DNA from: Candidatus Multivorans sp.
GTDB lineage: Bacteria; Acidobacteriota; Thermoanaerobaculia; Multivoradales; Multivoraceae
DNA length: 64,000 nt
Direction of reading: 5' to 3'
Assembly (NCBI GenBank): GCA_965224025.1
Contig: OZ245033.1
Coordinates: forward strand, 1,248,001-1,312,000
Shown: positions 9,369 through 19,082 of the stretch, piece by piece
Numbering within the stretch: the first letter of the stretch is position 1
Layout: each line of letters starts with the position of its first letter
Position numbers and translations under genes: made by a program
The notes under the pieces: generated by a model
The model's database searches: none
Seen by the model: the letters and a program-made list of their open reading frames with translations, nothing else
What the model was told of the DNA's origin: nothing

Positions 9369-10412
9369 TCACGTCGCACCCAGTTCTTCCGTAGTCAACG
9401 AACAGCCGCGGAGTTCGGCGCCGGTGGCGCGGCCGAGCAGGCGGAAGGCGCCGTCTTCCCGGGCGCCCAGGTCCTCGGTCAGCACGTGGCAGACGGATCC
9501 GACGTTGGCGAGGTCGAAGAAGGAGAGCAGCCCGGTACGCCCGTCCTCGACTTCCTTGAGCGATTCGGGATCGAGGATGCGGAACGGCATCCATGGCGGC
9601 GTGCGCAGCAGCTCGCCGCCGGGTCGGGAGTAGGCCTGACTGGTCAATTCCGTCATGCCGTACTCGCGGACGATCGCTTCCCGGTCCAGGCCGAGCAGGG
9701 TGCGGGCGCGGCGCCGGACATCCTCCGGCGTTGTCTCGAGGCGCTGGCCCTTGAAGCCGCCGGTCTCGAAGACGCGGCTTGCGGCCGGCAGTCGGATCGC
9801 GTGTCCGGTCTCACCCTCCAGGTGGTCGAGCAGGAGAACGAGGGCGAGGGCGGTGGCCAGGATCAGCACCGGCTTGCCCTCGCCGCGTCCCTGCAGCCAG
9901 CGGCGGGCCGGCTCGACGTCGATGCCGCCGGTGGAGACGGCCCAGACGCTGCCGGGCGCGGCGTGGCGCTCGAACACGTGGTCCGCCATGAAGGAGAGGC
10001 TCGAGTCGGGGGCCGCGGCGCGGTCGGGGATGAGCGAGAGGATCGATACCCGCGTGCGGCCAGTCGGCAGGCAGGCGGCGGCGAAGGAGGCGTCGATCAC
10101 GGTCCGGTAGAGATCGGGGTACGGGTGGTAGTGGACGCTCCGTCGCTCCGCGCCGCGGGTGGTGCCGCTGCTGCGGAAGACCTCCCGGGGCTCGGCGGCG
10201 GCGAGGCGTAGCGACTTGAAGGCCGAGGTGGGTACCGGCGGCGCCGCGCGCCAGTCGTCGAGGGCGCCGGGGGCGATCCCGCGCCGTTCGCACAGGCGGC
10301 GGTAGGGCTCGACGCGCTCGTAGCTGAAGCGTGCTGCTGCCGGGGCGAATTCGTCGAAGCTGCCTTCACCGGTGCTGACGAAGCGCTCGATGCGCTGCCG
10401 GAGACCGGTCAT
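9369..10412 (-). CDS. LuxE-like acyl-protein synthetase
   Basis: FRSSGTT, ETGGFKG, EYGMTELTSQAY, DLAN, TEDLG and ELRGCS motifs (C-terminal part of the long track ORF). Confidence 0.85.
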   Translation of the reverse strand: MTGLRQRIERFVSTGEGSFDEFAPAAARFSYERVEPYRRLCERRGIAPGALDDWRAAPPVPTSAFKSLRLAAAEPREVFRSSGTTRGAERRSVHYHPYPDLYRTVIDASFAAACLPTGRTRVSILSLIPDRAAAPDSSLSFMADHVFERHAAPGSVWAVSTGGIDVEPARRWLQGRGEGKPVLILATALALVLLLDHLEGETGHAIRLPAASRVFETGGFKGQRLETTPEDVRRRARTLLGLDREAIVREYGMTELTSQAYSRPGGELLRTPPWMPFRILDPESLKEVEDGRTGLLSFFDLANVGSVCHVLTEDLGAREDGAFRLLGRATGAELRGCSLTTEELGAT

Positions 10413-12853
10413 GCGCCGAAGAAGGCCGCCGCTGTGGTGGCGGGGTGGCCGGCGAGTCCCGCGCTGTCCGAGTCTTCGGATTCCGGCCACCACTCGGCCG
10501 GCAGGTGGCGCCGGTAGGGCTGCTGCAGGAAGCGGCGGTCGAGGAGCGCGATCACGCCCCGGTCGTCGGCGGAGCGGATCAGCCGGCCGGCGGCCTGGAC
10601 CACGCGGGTCATGCCGGGCACGACGAAGGCGTACTCGAAGCCGCGCTCGAAGCGCTCGTCGTAGTAGGCCTGAAGCAGCTTCTGTTCCACGGTCACGGCC
10701 GGCAGGCAGGGGCCGACGACGGCTACCGCGAGCAGCGCATCGCCCGGGTAGTCGACGCCTTCGGAGAACACGCCGCCCGCCACCGCCAAGAGCAGCGTGT
10801 CGCCGGCAAGCGGACTGGTCAGTGCGTCGAGCACCTCCTGACGCCGCGCTTCGCTGGTCGTCTGCTGCTGGACCAGGACGTTGCGGCCGCAGTCGGGCAG
10901 CCGTTCCTCGACCTCGGCGAGGAACCGGTAGCTGGGGAAGATGGCCATCGAGTTCCCGGGCACCGAGCGGGCGAACTCGGCCAGCCGCTCGGCGATCGGG
11001 CCGTAGTTTTCCTCGCGGGTGCGGTAGGTCGTGGCCACGGAGGTGTCGACGACGATGCGGCGGTTCTCGGCGGGGAAGGCGCTCGGCACCTCCAGGGTCG
11101 AGGTCCGCGCCTCGTCGAACCCGAGCAGGTCGTGGTAGAACTCGAACGGCTGGAGGGTCGCGGACAAGCCGATGCAGGAGCGGCAGCGGTTGATCGTCGC
11201 CCCCAGGAAGGCGCTCGCGTCCTTGCACAGGAGGCTGAAGCTGGGTTCGCCGTCGGTGCGCCGGAAGAGGAAACTGAAGGACTCGACGTGCTTGGGCGAG
11301 CAGGCGAGCTGAAGCGTGTTGAGGAACCGGAGCAGCTTGAAATAGAGGTCGACGAAGGCGTCGTTGGCGGCAAATGAGCGGGTGTCGCGGCGGAACTCCA
11401 GGTAGTCCACGAAGCCGCGGTCGAAGGCGGGCCGCAGGCGCCAGAGTTCGTCTTCGGGGGCCGCGCCCTCCGCGACCGCGTTGCGGTCGGGCCGATCGAG
11501 TTGCCCGTCGACGCCGGTCCGAATCAGCTCTTCGAGCGCGGCACAGAGTTCGCGCAGGCGATTGGTGGGTCCGCCCTCGGCGCCGCGGCCCACCCGTCGC
11601 AGGCTCGCCGCGGCCTCCCGGCACCCCTTCGCGGCCAGTTCCGGGCTGTAGTAGCCGCGGCCGCGGTCGATGAGGTTGTGGATCTCGTCGACGATCAGGA
11701 CCGTGCCGGAGAGGTCCGCGTCGCCCTGGAACTCGGTCAGCTTGACGAAGGGGTCGAGGGCGTAGTTGTAGTCGCCGACCACTACCTGGACCTGGCGCCC
11801 GAGTTCGAGACTGATCTCGAACGGGCAGACGCGGGTGCCCTTGGAGGCGGCGTAGATCGCGTCCGGTTCCAGCAGGCTGTGCTCTTCGAGCAGCCGGGGG
11901 ATGAGCCGGCTGCGTTGCAGCTTGACGTAGTAGTCGCGGGCGTACTGGCAGTAGTCCTCGTGGCAGATGATCTCGTCGTTCGCGCACATCCGCGCCTTCG
12001 CTCGCAGATGGAGAGCGTGGAAGGCGCGCTCGCGGTTGAGCAGGTCGATGACCCGGTTCGCCATCGCTGCCTGAGTGTTCTTCGCCGTGAGGACGAACAC
12101 GCGCAGGTCGCGGGCGAGCGCCTCGCGCAGCACCGGGAAGAGGACGGCGGCGGTCTTGCCGAGGCCCGTAGGCGCCTGGACCAGCAGGTGCTCGCGCTGC
12201 CCTATGGCGAGTCCTGCGCGGTGGACGATCTCCTGCTGGCCGGGCCGCGGCTGGTGGAAGGGGAACTCGAGCCGTTCGGCGGCCAGCTCCCGTCGCTGGC
12301 GATGGGCGCGGGCCGCCTGGTAGTCGTGGACGAGGGAGTTGAGCCGCACCCGGATGCCGGTCTCGAGCTCCTCCCAGTCGAACTCGACCTCGAGCCGCTC
12401 GATGTCGGCCGTTCCGATCGCGATCAGGACGAGTTCGGCGCGCACCGGCAGCGGGGCGGCGCCAGACCGGTGCAGGATCCAGCCGTAGATCGCCGCCTGC
12501 TGGCGATAGGTCGCGAGCAGCCCCGGCGAGGACTCGATGTTCGGCCGCACCGACTTGATCTCCTCGATCGCCAGCGAGCCGTCCGCGTCGCGGTAGACGC
12601 CGTCGGCGCGGCCGGTCAGGGTCACCTGCCACCCGCGGTGGTTGAACTCGAGCGACAGCTCGACTTCGCGCCGGTAGCTCGGCTCGCGCTCCATCGCCTG
12701 TTCCTGGTAGCGGCTGTGGATCGCCTGACCGACCCAGAGCCGCTCGAAGCCGCCCCGGTTGGCGAACCCGAGGTGCCTGGCGGAGCGGTGGTCGAGCAGG
12801 TCCGCCACGGACAGCCGGAGTGTCTTCGCGTCGTCGTCGAAGCGCGGCGCCAT
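10409..12853 (-). CDS. DinG/Rad3-like (XPD-family) Fe-S helicase with N-terminal PD-(D/E)XK nuclease-like domain
   Basis: GRADG...IEEIKS nuclease motif; APTGLGKT; Cys residues incl. VCPFE; DEIHN; SEGVD; QAAGRLIR. Confidence 0.88.
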   Translation of the reverse strand: MAPRFDDDAKTLRLSVADLLDHRSARHLGFANRGGFERLWVGQAIHSRYQEQAMEREPSYRREVELSLEFNHRGWQVTLTGRADGVYRDADGSLAIEEIKSVRPNIESSPGLLATYRQQAAIYGWILHRSGAAPLPVRAELVLIAIGTADIERLEVEFDWEELETGIRVRLNSLVHDYQAARAHRQRRELAAERLEFPFHQPRPGQQEIVHRAGLAIGQREHLLVQAPTGLGKTAAVLFPVLREALARDLRVFVLTAKNTQAAMANRVIDLLNRERAFHALHLRAKARMCANDEIICHEDYCQYARDYYVKLQRSRLIPRLLEEHSLLEPDAIYAASKGTRVCPFEISLELGRQVQVVVGDYNYALDPFVKLTEFQGDADLSGTVLIVDEIHNLIDRGRGYYSPELAAKGCREAAASLRRVGRGAEGGPTNRLRELCAALEELIRTGVDGQLDRPDRNAVAEGAAPEDELWRLRPAFDRGFVDYLEFRRDTRSFAANDAFVDLYFKLLRFLNTLQLACSPKHVESFSFLFRRTDGEPSFSLLCKDASAFLGATINRCRSCIGLSATLQPFEFYHDLLGFDEARTSTLEVPSAFPAENRRIVVDTSVATTYRTREENYGPIAERLAEFARSVPGNSMAIFPSYRFLAEVEERLPDCGRNVLVQQQTTSEARRQEVLDALTSPLAGDTLLLAVAGGVFSEGVDYPGDALLAVAVVGPCLPAVTVEQKLLQAYYDERFERGFEYAFVVPGMTRVVQAAGRLIRSADDRGVIALLDRRFLQQPYRRHLPAEWWPESEDSDSAGLAGHPATTAAAFFGA

Positions 12854-12981
12854 GGCGGCGAGACTACCGCCTGGACGCCCTGTCGAAGGCGGCGACGGGG
12901 CGCCTGTTTCTCTGCCGCGGCCGGACGCTTCGGCGCTTCACGGGTTGTTATTCGAGTGGCGATGGCATAGCCTCGATTCCC

Positions 12982-14019
12982 ATGTCGGACAATTTCCCCG
13001 GCGGCGAGAGCCCGCTCGATCTAGGCAACTTGGCGAAGGTTCTTCGCGAACGGCTCGGCGGCCTGAAGATCGTCGCGCTGGTCGTGGTGGTTGGACTTCT
13101 CCTCCTGTCCAGCGTCTACACGGTGCAGCCCGAGGAGGTCGGAGTGATCCTCCGCCTCGGAAAGTACTCCAGCACCACCGAACCGGGCCTGCGGTTCAAG
13201 ATCCCGTTGATCGACGACCTGACCAAGGTGCCGGTGAGACGCCAGTTGAAGGAGGAGTTCGGCTTCCGGAGCGAGAGCGTGGCGGTACGGAGTTCCTTTG
13301 TGGACAACGCGGAGGAAGCGAAGATGCTGACCGGCGACCTGAACGCGGCGGTGGTCGAGTGGGTCGTGCAGTACCGCGTCGTCGACCCTTACCAGTACCT
13401 GTTCCGGGTCCGCAACCTGGATGACACCTTCCGCGACATGAGCGAGGCGGTGATGCGCAAGGTGGTCGGCGACCGCACCGTGAATGAGGTCCTGACCGTG
13501 GGCCGGGCCGAGATCGAGGGCACGGTCAAGGTTGAACTGCAGGAACTGTGCGACCAGTACGAGACGGGGATTCGCATCGACCAGGTGGTGCTGCAGAGCA
13601 ACAATCCGCCCGAGCCGGTCAAGCCGTCCTTCAACGCGGTCAACCAGGCCGAGCAGGAGCTCGAGCGGCTTGTAAACGAGGCCGAGGCGGAGTACAACCG
13701 GGTCATCCCCCGCGCCGAAGGCCGGGCGGGGCAAACGATTCAGCAGGCGGAGGGCTACGCGCTCGATCGGGTCAACCGTGCGCAGGGCGACGCGACGCGC
13801 TTCAACGCCCTCTACGAGGAATTCCGCAGGGCGCCCGAGGTAACGCGCAAGCGGATGTTCATCGAGACGATGGAGCGGGTACTGCCGAATGTGGGCCGAA
13901 AGATCGTCGTCGATGAGGACGTAGAGGGGCTCACGCCGATCTTGACCTTCGAGGGAGTCAGCGCGGCGCGGGCGTCGCGGCAGGTGGCGGCTCAGCAGGC
14001 CGGGGAGGGATCGCCATGA
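12982..14019 (+). CDS. hflK: FtsH modulator HflK
   Basis: SPFH domain, MLTGD.N, PPEPVKPSFNAV, APEVTRKRMFIETM. Confidence 0.92.
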   Translation: MSDNFPGGESPLDLGNLAKVLRERLGGLKIVALVVVVGLLLLSSVYTVQPEEVGVILRLGKYSSTTEPGLRFKIPLIDDLTKVPVRRQLKEEFGFRSESVAVRSSFVDNAEEAKMLTGDLNAAVVEWVVQYRVVDPYQYLFRVRNLDDTFRDMSEAVMRKVVGDRTVNEVLTVGRAEIEGTVKVELQELCDQYETGIRIDQVVLQSNNPPEPVKPSFNAVNQAEQELERLVNEAEAEYNRVIPRAEGRAGQTIQQAEGYALDRVNRAQGDATRFNALYEEFRRAPEVTRKRMFIETMERVLPNVGRKIVVDEDVEGLTPILTFEGVSAARASRQVAAQQAGEGSP

Positions 14020-14948
14020 AGATCGCGATGGTTGTCCTGGTTCTGGCGCTGCTGTTGACGGCGAGCAACGCGCTGTTCGTGGTTCCCGAAGACCGCCAGG
14101 CGATCAAGATCCAGTTGGGCGCGCCGGTAGGCGACGCCATAGACACTCCCGGTCTCAAGTTCAAGCTACCCTTCATCCAGAGAGCGCAGTACTTCGACCG
14201 CCGCTTCCTGGAGTGGCAGGGCTCCGCGGAGGAACTGCCCACCCGCGACAAGGTGTTCATCTTCGTCGACACTTACGCCCGCTGGCGGATCTCGGACCCC
14301 TTGCTGTTCTTTCAGCGGCTGAACGACGAGCGCGGCGCGCAGTCCCGGCTCGACGACATCCTGGACGGGGAGACCCGCAACGCGATCGCGAACCACGACC
14401 TGATCGAGGTGATTCGCAGTTCCAACCGCGAGGCGGCGGCGGACGAGTCGTACCCGGACGCCGGCGGCGGACTCGAAACGATCGTCACCGGCCGCGACAA
14501 GATCCGCCAGGACATCCTGGCCGCGGCGCGGGCGCGTACGGAGGACCTCGGCATCGAGGTGCTGGACGTGCAGTTCCGGCGCATCAACTACGGCGAGCAG
14601 GTCGAGCCCGACGTGTTCAACCGGATGATCTCCGAGCGCCAGCGCATAGCCGACCGCTTCCGTTCCCAAGGTCAGGGCCAGGCGTCGGAGATTCTCGGCA
14701 ACATGGACCGCGACCTGAAGCGGATCGAGTCCGAGGCCTACCGTCAGGCGACCGAGATTCGGGGCCGGGCCGACGCGGAGGCCACCGAGATATACGCCTC
14801 GGCCTACAACCAGTCCGCGCAGTCACGGAGCTTCTACGAGTTCCTGCGCACGATGGAAGCCTTCGAGCAGACGATCGACTCGGACACCTGGCTGGTGCTC
14901 TCGACCGGCAGCGACTACTACAGTTTCCTGAAGGAAAGCGGACCGTAG
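14016..14948 (+). CDS. hflC: FtsH modulator HflC
   Basis: PGLKFKLPFIQ, WRISDPLLF, RMISERQRIA, FYEFLRTMEA; overlaps hflK. Confidence 0.93.
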   Translation: MKIAMVVLVLALLLTASNALFVVPEDRQAIKIQLGAPVGDAIDTPGLKFKLPFIQRAQYFDRRFLEWQGSAEELPTRDKVFIFVDTYARWRISDPLLFFQRLNDERGAQSRLDDILDGETRNAIANHDLIEVIRSSNREAAADESYPDAGGGLETIVTGRDKIRQDILAAARARTEDLGIEVLDVQFRRINYGEQVEPDVFNRMISERQRIADRFRSQGQGQASEILGNMDRDLKRIESEAYRQATEIRGRADAEATEIYASAYNQSAQSRSFYEFLRTMEAFEQTIDSDTWLVLSTGSDYYSFLKESGP

Positions 14949-14970
14949 CCACTCGGCGGTCAGTCGCTAG

Positions 14971-16170
14971 ATGACCGGCCTGATCGGACTCCTCGTCATC
15001 CCGGGCATCGCCTGGCTGCTTTCGACGAATCGCTTCAAGGTCCGTTGGCGGACCGTGGTCACGGGCATGGCGATCCAGTTCGTCCTTGCCCTGCTGATCC
15101 TGAAAACGGCACCGGGGGAGGCGTTCTTCGAGGTCGCCACGGATGTCGTGACCACCTTCCTGGCTTTCGCCGACGACGGCTCGCGCTTCGTCTTCGGCGA
15201 GGGGTTCGACCACGTCCCGTTCGCCTTCCGGGTGCTGCCGACGATCATCTTCTTCTCGAGCGTGGTCGCGGTGCTGTACCACCTCGGCGTCATTCAGCGG
15301 GTGGTCAAGGTGTTCGCCATCGTCATGACGAAGGTGATGGGCACCTCCGGCCCCGAGTCACTGTCGGCTTCGGCCAACATCTTCGTGGGCCAGACCGAGG
15401 CGCCGCTGCTGATCCGCTCCTACGTGGGCAAGATGACCCGCTCGGAGCTGATGGCGGTGATGACCGGAGGCTTCGCCACCGTCGCCGGGGGCGTGCTGGC
15501 GGCTTACGTGGGCATGGGCATCGAGGCCGGTCACCTGATCGCGGCCAGCGTCATGTCGGCGCCGGCCGCTCTGGTCATGGCCAAGCTGATGATCCCCGAG
15601 ACTGAAACGGATCGGGTTTCGGCGGACACCGACTTCAAGGTCAAGACGCCGTGGGCGAACATGATCGACGCCGCCGCCCAGGGCGCCGGCGACGGCATGA
15701 AGCTGGCGATCAACGTCGGCGCCATGCTGCTTGCCTTCATCGCCCTGGTGGCGCTGGTCAACGGCCTGCTCGGGCCGGTGGGGGGCTGGATCGGGCTGCC
15801 CGGCCTGAATCTGGAGATGATCCTCGGCTTCCTGTTCCGGCCCCTGGCCTGGGTCATGGGGGTGCCGTGGGCCGAAGCGGACGCGGTGGGAACCCTCCTC
15901 GGGCTCAAGACCGCGGCCAACGAGTTCGTCGCCTACTCCCGCTTCGAGGACATCTCGGCCGAGACCGGGTTGTCGGAGCGCTCGCGGGTCATCGCCACCT
16001 ACGCCCTCTGCGGCTTCTCGAACTTCTCGTCGATCGCCATCCAGATCGGCGGCATCGGCGGCATCGCCCCGGAGCGCAAGAGCGAACTGGCGAGCCTCGG
16101 CCTGCGCGCGATGATCGCCGGCACCCTTGCCTGCCTGCAGACGGCGACGATCGCCGGCCTGCTGATCTGA
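14971..16170 (+). CDS. nupC: Concentrative nucleoside transporter (CNT/NupC family)
   Basis: NIFVGQTEAPL, GFATVAG, NEFVAY and CGFSNFSS motifs. Confidence 0.93.
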   Translation: MTGLIGLLVIPGIAWLLSTNRFKVRWRTVVTGMAIQFVLALLILKTAPGEAFFEVATDVVTTFLAFADDGSRFVFGEGFDHVPFAFRVLPTIIFFSSVVAVLYHLGVIQRVVKVFAIVMTKVMGTSGPESLSASANIFVGQTEAPLLIRSYVGKMTRSELMAVMTGGFATVAGGVLAAYVGMGIEAGHLIAASVMSAPAALVMAKLMIPETETDRVSADTDFKVKTPWANMIDAAAQGAGDGMKLAINVGAMLLAFIALVALVNGLLGPVGGWIGLPGLNLEMILGFLFRPLAWVMGVPWAEADAVGTLLGLKTAANEFVAYSRFEDISAETGLSERSRVIATYALCGFSNFSSIAIQIGGIGGIAPERKSELASLGLRAMIAGTLACLQTATIAGLLI

Positions 16171-16215
16171 GTCGGTCGCGTAGCGCCTCCGCGGCGCTAG
16201 GATGGCGGTTGGTCC

Positions 16216-18414
16216 ATGCGCCGCGCCATCCTCAAGGAGAGGGCCTCTCCACGGGAGCCGAAGGACGGCCTTGGCCACTGGCGCCCGATAGCGCATGTGT
16301 TCGGTCTGTGGGCGTTCGCCGTAGCGCAACCCGTCCTCGACCTGATCGGCGGAGAGCCGGGGTTTCTGGTGGCTCACCGGCTGACGGGGGTTCCTCTCGC
16401 CGCCCTGACAATAGGCCTTGCAGTCGGCATCCCGGCGTTCCTGGCGGCGCCGTTCGCTTTCCCCGCCGTCAGCGGGAGCCGTGTCGGGCGTCTGTGGATG
16501 GACGGCATTCGAGCGTTGCTGGCGGGGGCGTTCCTGCTCCAACTGACCCATCGGCTGCCGGTCGCCGCGGCCCTGGCTCTGGCCGTTGCCGGAGGCGCCG
16601 GTGCCGTCCTCTGCCTGCGCCGCTATCGCGCGTTCTCGAGCCTTGTCAGCGTGACCGCTGCCGCGGCGGTCATTGCGCCGCTTGTCTTTCTTCTCCGGCC
16701 GAGCGTTCGCGATCTGCTCTTGACGGGACCCGCGGTCGACCCCGGGGCCCAGGTCGCTGAGGCGCCTGCAATCTGGTCGGATACGCCGATCGTGTTCGTG
16801 GTGTTCGACGAGCTGCCCGTGAGTTCGATTCAACTGCCGGACGGTTCGATCGATCGCCGCCGGTATCCGTCCTTCGCCGCCCTGGCGGCCGGCGCCGACT
16901 GGTATCCCCGGGCCTTGACCACGTCCAGCCAGACGGAGAAGGCGATTCCCACCCTGCTGACAGGCAGGTTGCCGCTGCCCGATGCGAGCGCGCACTACAG
17001 CGCCCACCCGGAGAACCTCTTCTCCTGGTTGGGCCAGGGCGGCTACCGGGTCGTCGCCTACGAAGCGTTCTCCCTCCTTTGTCCACCGGAAGTCTGCGAC
17101 GCGCCGCCGCTAGCCGCCCCCGGCGAACGCCTTGCCGCCGTGGCTGACGACCTCGGCGTCGTGTACGGGCACCTGTTGCTGCCGCCGGCGCTCCGGACCG
17201 GTCTGCCCGAAGTCGACCAGACCTGGTCCGGGTTCCGTGACCGGCGCCGACCTGGCCAGGGAGCGGAAGACACGGGCGGCCGGGGGCTCCACCAGGATGT
17301 CCCGCGCGTCGTCGACAGCTTTCTCCTTGAGTTTGAACGCCACCGGAACCGCCCGCCGGCGCTGTACTACCTGCACCTGAACCTGCCCCATGTTCCGTTC
17401 CGCTACCTTCCTTCCGGCCGGGAGTACGTTCCCATCGGCGCGCCGGTGATTCCGCCGGGCCTCGACGATCCGCAGGTGCTCGAGGACGAGTGGCAGTACA
17501 TCCAGGGTCTGCAGCGGCACATACTTCAGGTCGGCTATGTCGATCGCGTGCTGGGCCAGGTCGTCGACCGTCTTCGAGGTATCGGCCTCTACGATCGAGC
17601 CCTGGTCGTCGTCACGGCGGATCATGGCTTCCGCGCCGGAGCGCTGCGCCGGGCGGTCACGGAAGCGGACTTCGAGGAACTCCTGGAGGTGCCGCTGTTC
17701 GTCAAACGGCCCGGCCAGGAGGAGGGGCGGGTCGTCGAGCACGTGGTACAGACGATCGACATCCTGCCGACGATCGGTGCGGCGCTTGCCGCCGAGCCGC
17801 CGTGGGAAGTCGACGGCAGGCTCCTCAGCGACGCGTCGGCACGGAAGGTCACCGTGTGCTGCTACGCCCCCCCCACACCATCGACGCTGAACGTTCGGAC
17901 GGATCCGGCCAGGCGTCAGAGAACGTTGGATCGGCTTCACCGGTTGTTCGGCGCCGATGCCGCGTCGCCGCCTAGTTCCGGGGACCCGTTCGAGGGTGTC
18001 TTCGCGGCCGGGCCGAGACCGGATCTCCTGGGCCGCCCGGCCGCCGACTTCATCCGGGAACTCACGGACGGTGAGAGTTCCAGCGACGTACGCGCCATCC
18101 TCACCGCGCGACACAGCTACGAGAACGTGAGCCCCGAAAGCGGCTTCGTGCCGAGTCTGGTCGGCGGTCGGATCGAACCCGGTGTCGTCGACGGAACGGA
18201 GCTGGCGGTGGCGGTGGACGGCATCGTGCGGGCTACGACCGAGACCTTCACGCACGGTGGCGCCAGCCGTTTCTCGGCGCTGGTTCACGAGCGGTGGTTG
18301 CCGGCCGGCAGTCGTCGAGTCGAGATCTACGCGATCGAGGATGGCGCCGGGGAGCCCCAGGGTGCTGACGGTACCGCGTTGCGGCCGTTGCCGGACGCCG
18401 AGTCGTCGCGCTGA
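16216..18414 (+). CDS. Membrane-anchored sulfatase/alkaline-phosphatase-superfamily protein
   Basis: N-terminal TM helices; VVFDEL, HLNLPHVP, VTADHG, VPLFVK and TIDILPT motifs; no CxPxR. Confidence 0.75.
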   Translation: MRRAILKERASPREPKDGLGHWRPIAHVFGLWAFAVAQPVLDLIGGEPGFLVAHRLTGVPLAALTIGLAVGIPAFLAAPFAFPAVSGSRVGRLWMDGIRALLAGAFLLQLTHRLPVAAALALAVAGGAGAVLCLRRYRAFSSLVSVTAAAAVIAPLVFLLRPSVRDLLLTGPAVDPGAQVAEAPAIWSDTPIVFVVFDELPVSSIQLPDGSIDRRRYPSFAALAAGADWYPRALTTSSQTEKAIPTLLTGRLPLPDASAHYSAHPENLFSWLGQGGYRVVAYEAFSLLCPPEVCDAPPLAAPGERLAAVADDLGVVYGHLLLPPALRTGLPEVDQTWSGFRDRRRPGQGAEDTGGRGLHQDVPRVVDSFLLEFERHRNRPPALYYLHLNLPHVPFRYLPSGREYVPIGAPVIPPGLDDPQVLEDEWQYIQGLQRHILQVGYVDRVLGQVVDRLRGIGLYDRALVVVTADHGFRAGALRRAVTEADFEELLEVPLFVKRPGQEEGRVVEHVVQTIDILPTIGAALAAEPPWEVDGRLLSDASARKVTVCCYAPPTPSTLNVRTDPARRQRTLDRLHRLFGADAASPPSSGDPFEGVFAAGPRPDLLGRPAADFIRELTDGESSSDVRAILTARHSYENVSPESGFVPSLVGGRIEPGVVDGTELAVAVDGIVRATTETFTHGGASRFSALVHERWLPAGSRRVEIYAIEDGAGEPQGADGTALRPLPDAESSR

Positions 18415-18734
18415 GGCCAAGAGGCTGCGGGTTGGCGGCTCTAGACTCCTTGAACGAGCGTGGTCTTTACAGTTGAGGCAAGTTTCAGCCAGAGCCATGC
18501 ATCGATACGTCGGCTCGCGTAGCCCGCAAGGACATGCTCGTCGGTCTGAGGCGAAGCCTCGCTAGTTCTAGCGTCCCGCCGGCTCAAGGCTGGCCGCGCG
18601 GCCTCGCGATCGCCGGTCTGCGGTATGGCTACCGCCGGGCCGGAGCACCCCACGCTACCAAACAGCGTCACCTCGTTCACGAAGTTGAAGTGGGGGGCAC
18701 TACGCCGGGTTGAAGCGGCCACGTTCGACCAGGG

Positions 18735-19049
18735 AGAAGTCGGACAGCGCTCTCGCGGAGCGGGTGCGGGCGATCCACGAACGCAGCCGCGGGACCTATG
18801 GGGCGCCGAGGATGCGGGCGCCGCTACACGAAGGCCGACATCGGTCTGCTGGGCGAGGTCGACGAGGCGCTGGGCCAGCTTTGCGGGCGCGCCACGCGCG
18901 CTGTGATGCGGCGGATGCACGAGGAGTACGGCGACGAGCGTTTCGGGCGTCTGGCCGGGATCTCGAACGGCCAGTTCGCCCTGAACCGACTGCGATCGAA
19001 GCCTCCCTACAGACCCCGCTCCACGCTCATTTCTCTATTGGAAAAGACT
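18735..19049 (+). mobile_element. Chimeric IS remnant: IS3-family orfB fragment joined to an integrase-core (ISNCY-like) transposase fragment and probable right end
   Basis: ALAERVRAIHERSRGTYGAPRM (IS3 HTH_21-like), then RRYTKADIGLLGEVDE...DERFGRLAGISNG in another frame; ends GCTCATTTCTCTATTGGAAAAGACT. Confidence 0.65.
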
Positions 19050-19082
19050 ATCGCTAGCTGGTGGAACCTGACAATCGCGGCT

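Noticed and set aside
8099-10412. Bioluminescence operon
   Set aside because: luxA, luxB and luxD are absent from the window
9369-12632. 1087-aa ORF as a single protein
   Set aside because: Only the last 347 aa are LuxE-like; the rest is an alternate frame of the helicase. Similar false N-terminal extensions affect 4599-7178, 39436-41277, 46738-48084 and 28754-30154
10409-12853. Cas4-like nuclease plus DinG as a type IV CRISPR component
   Set aside because: No cas genes or array nearby; this fusion is a common stand-alone repair helicase
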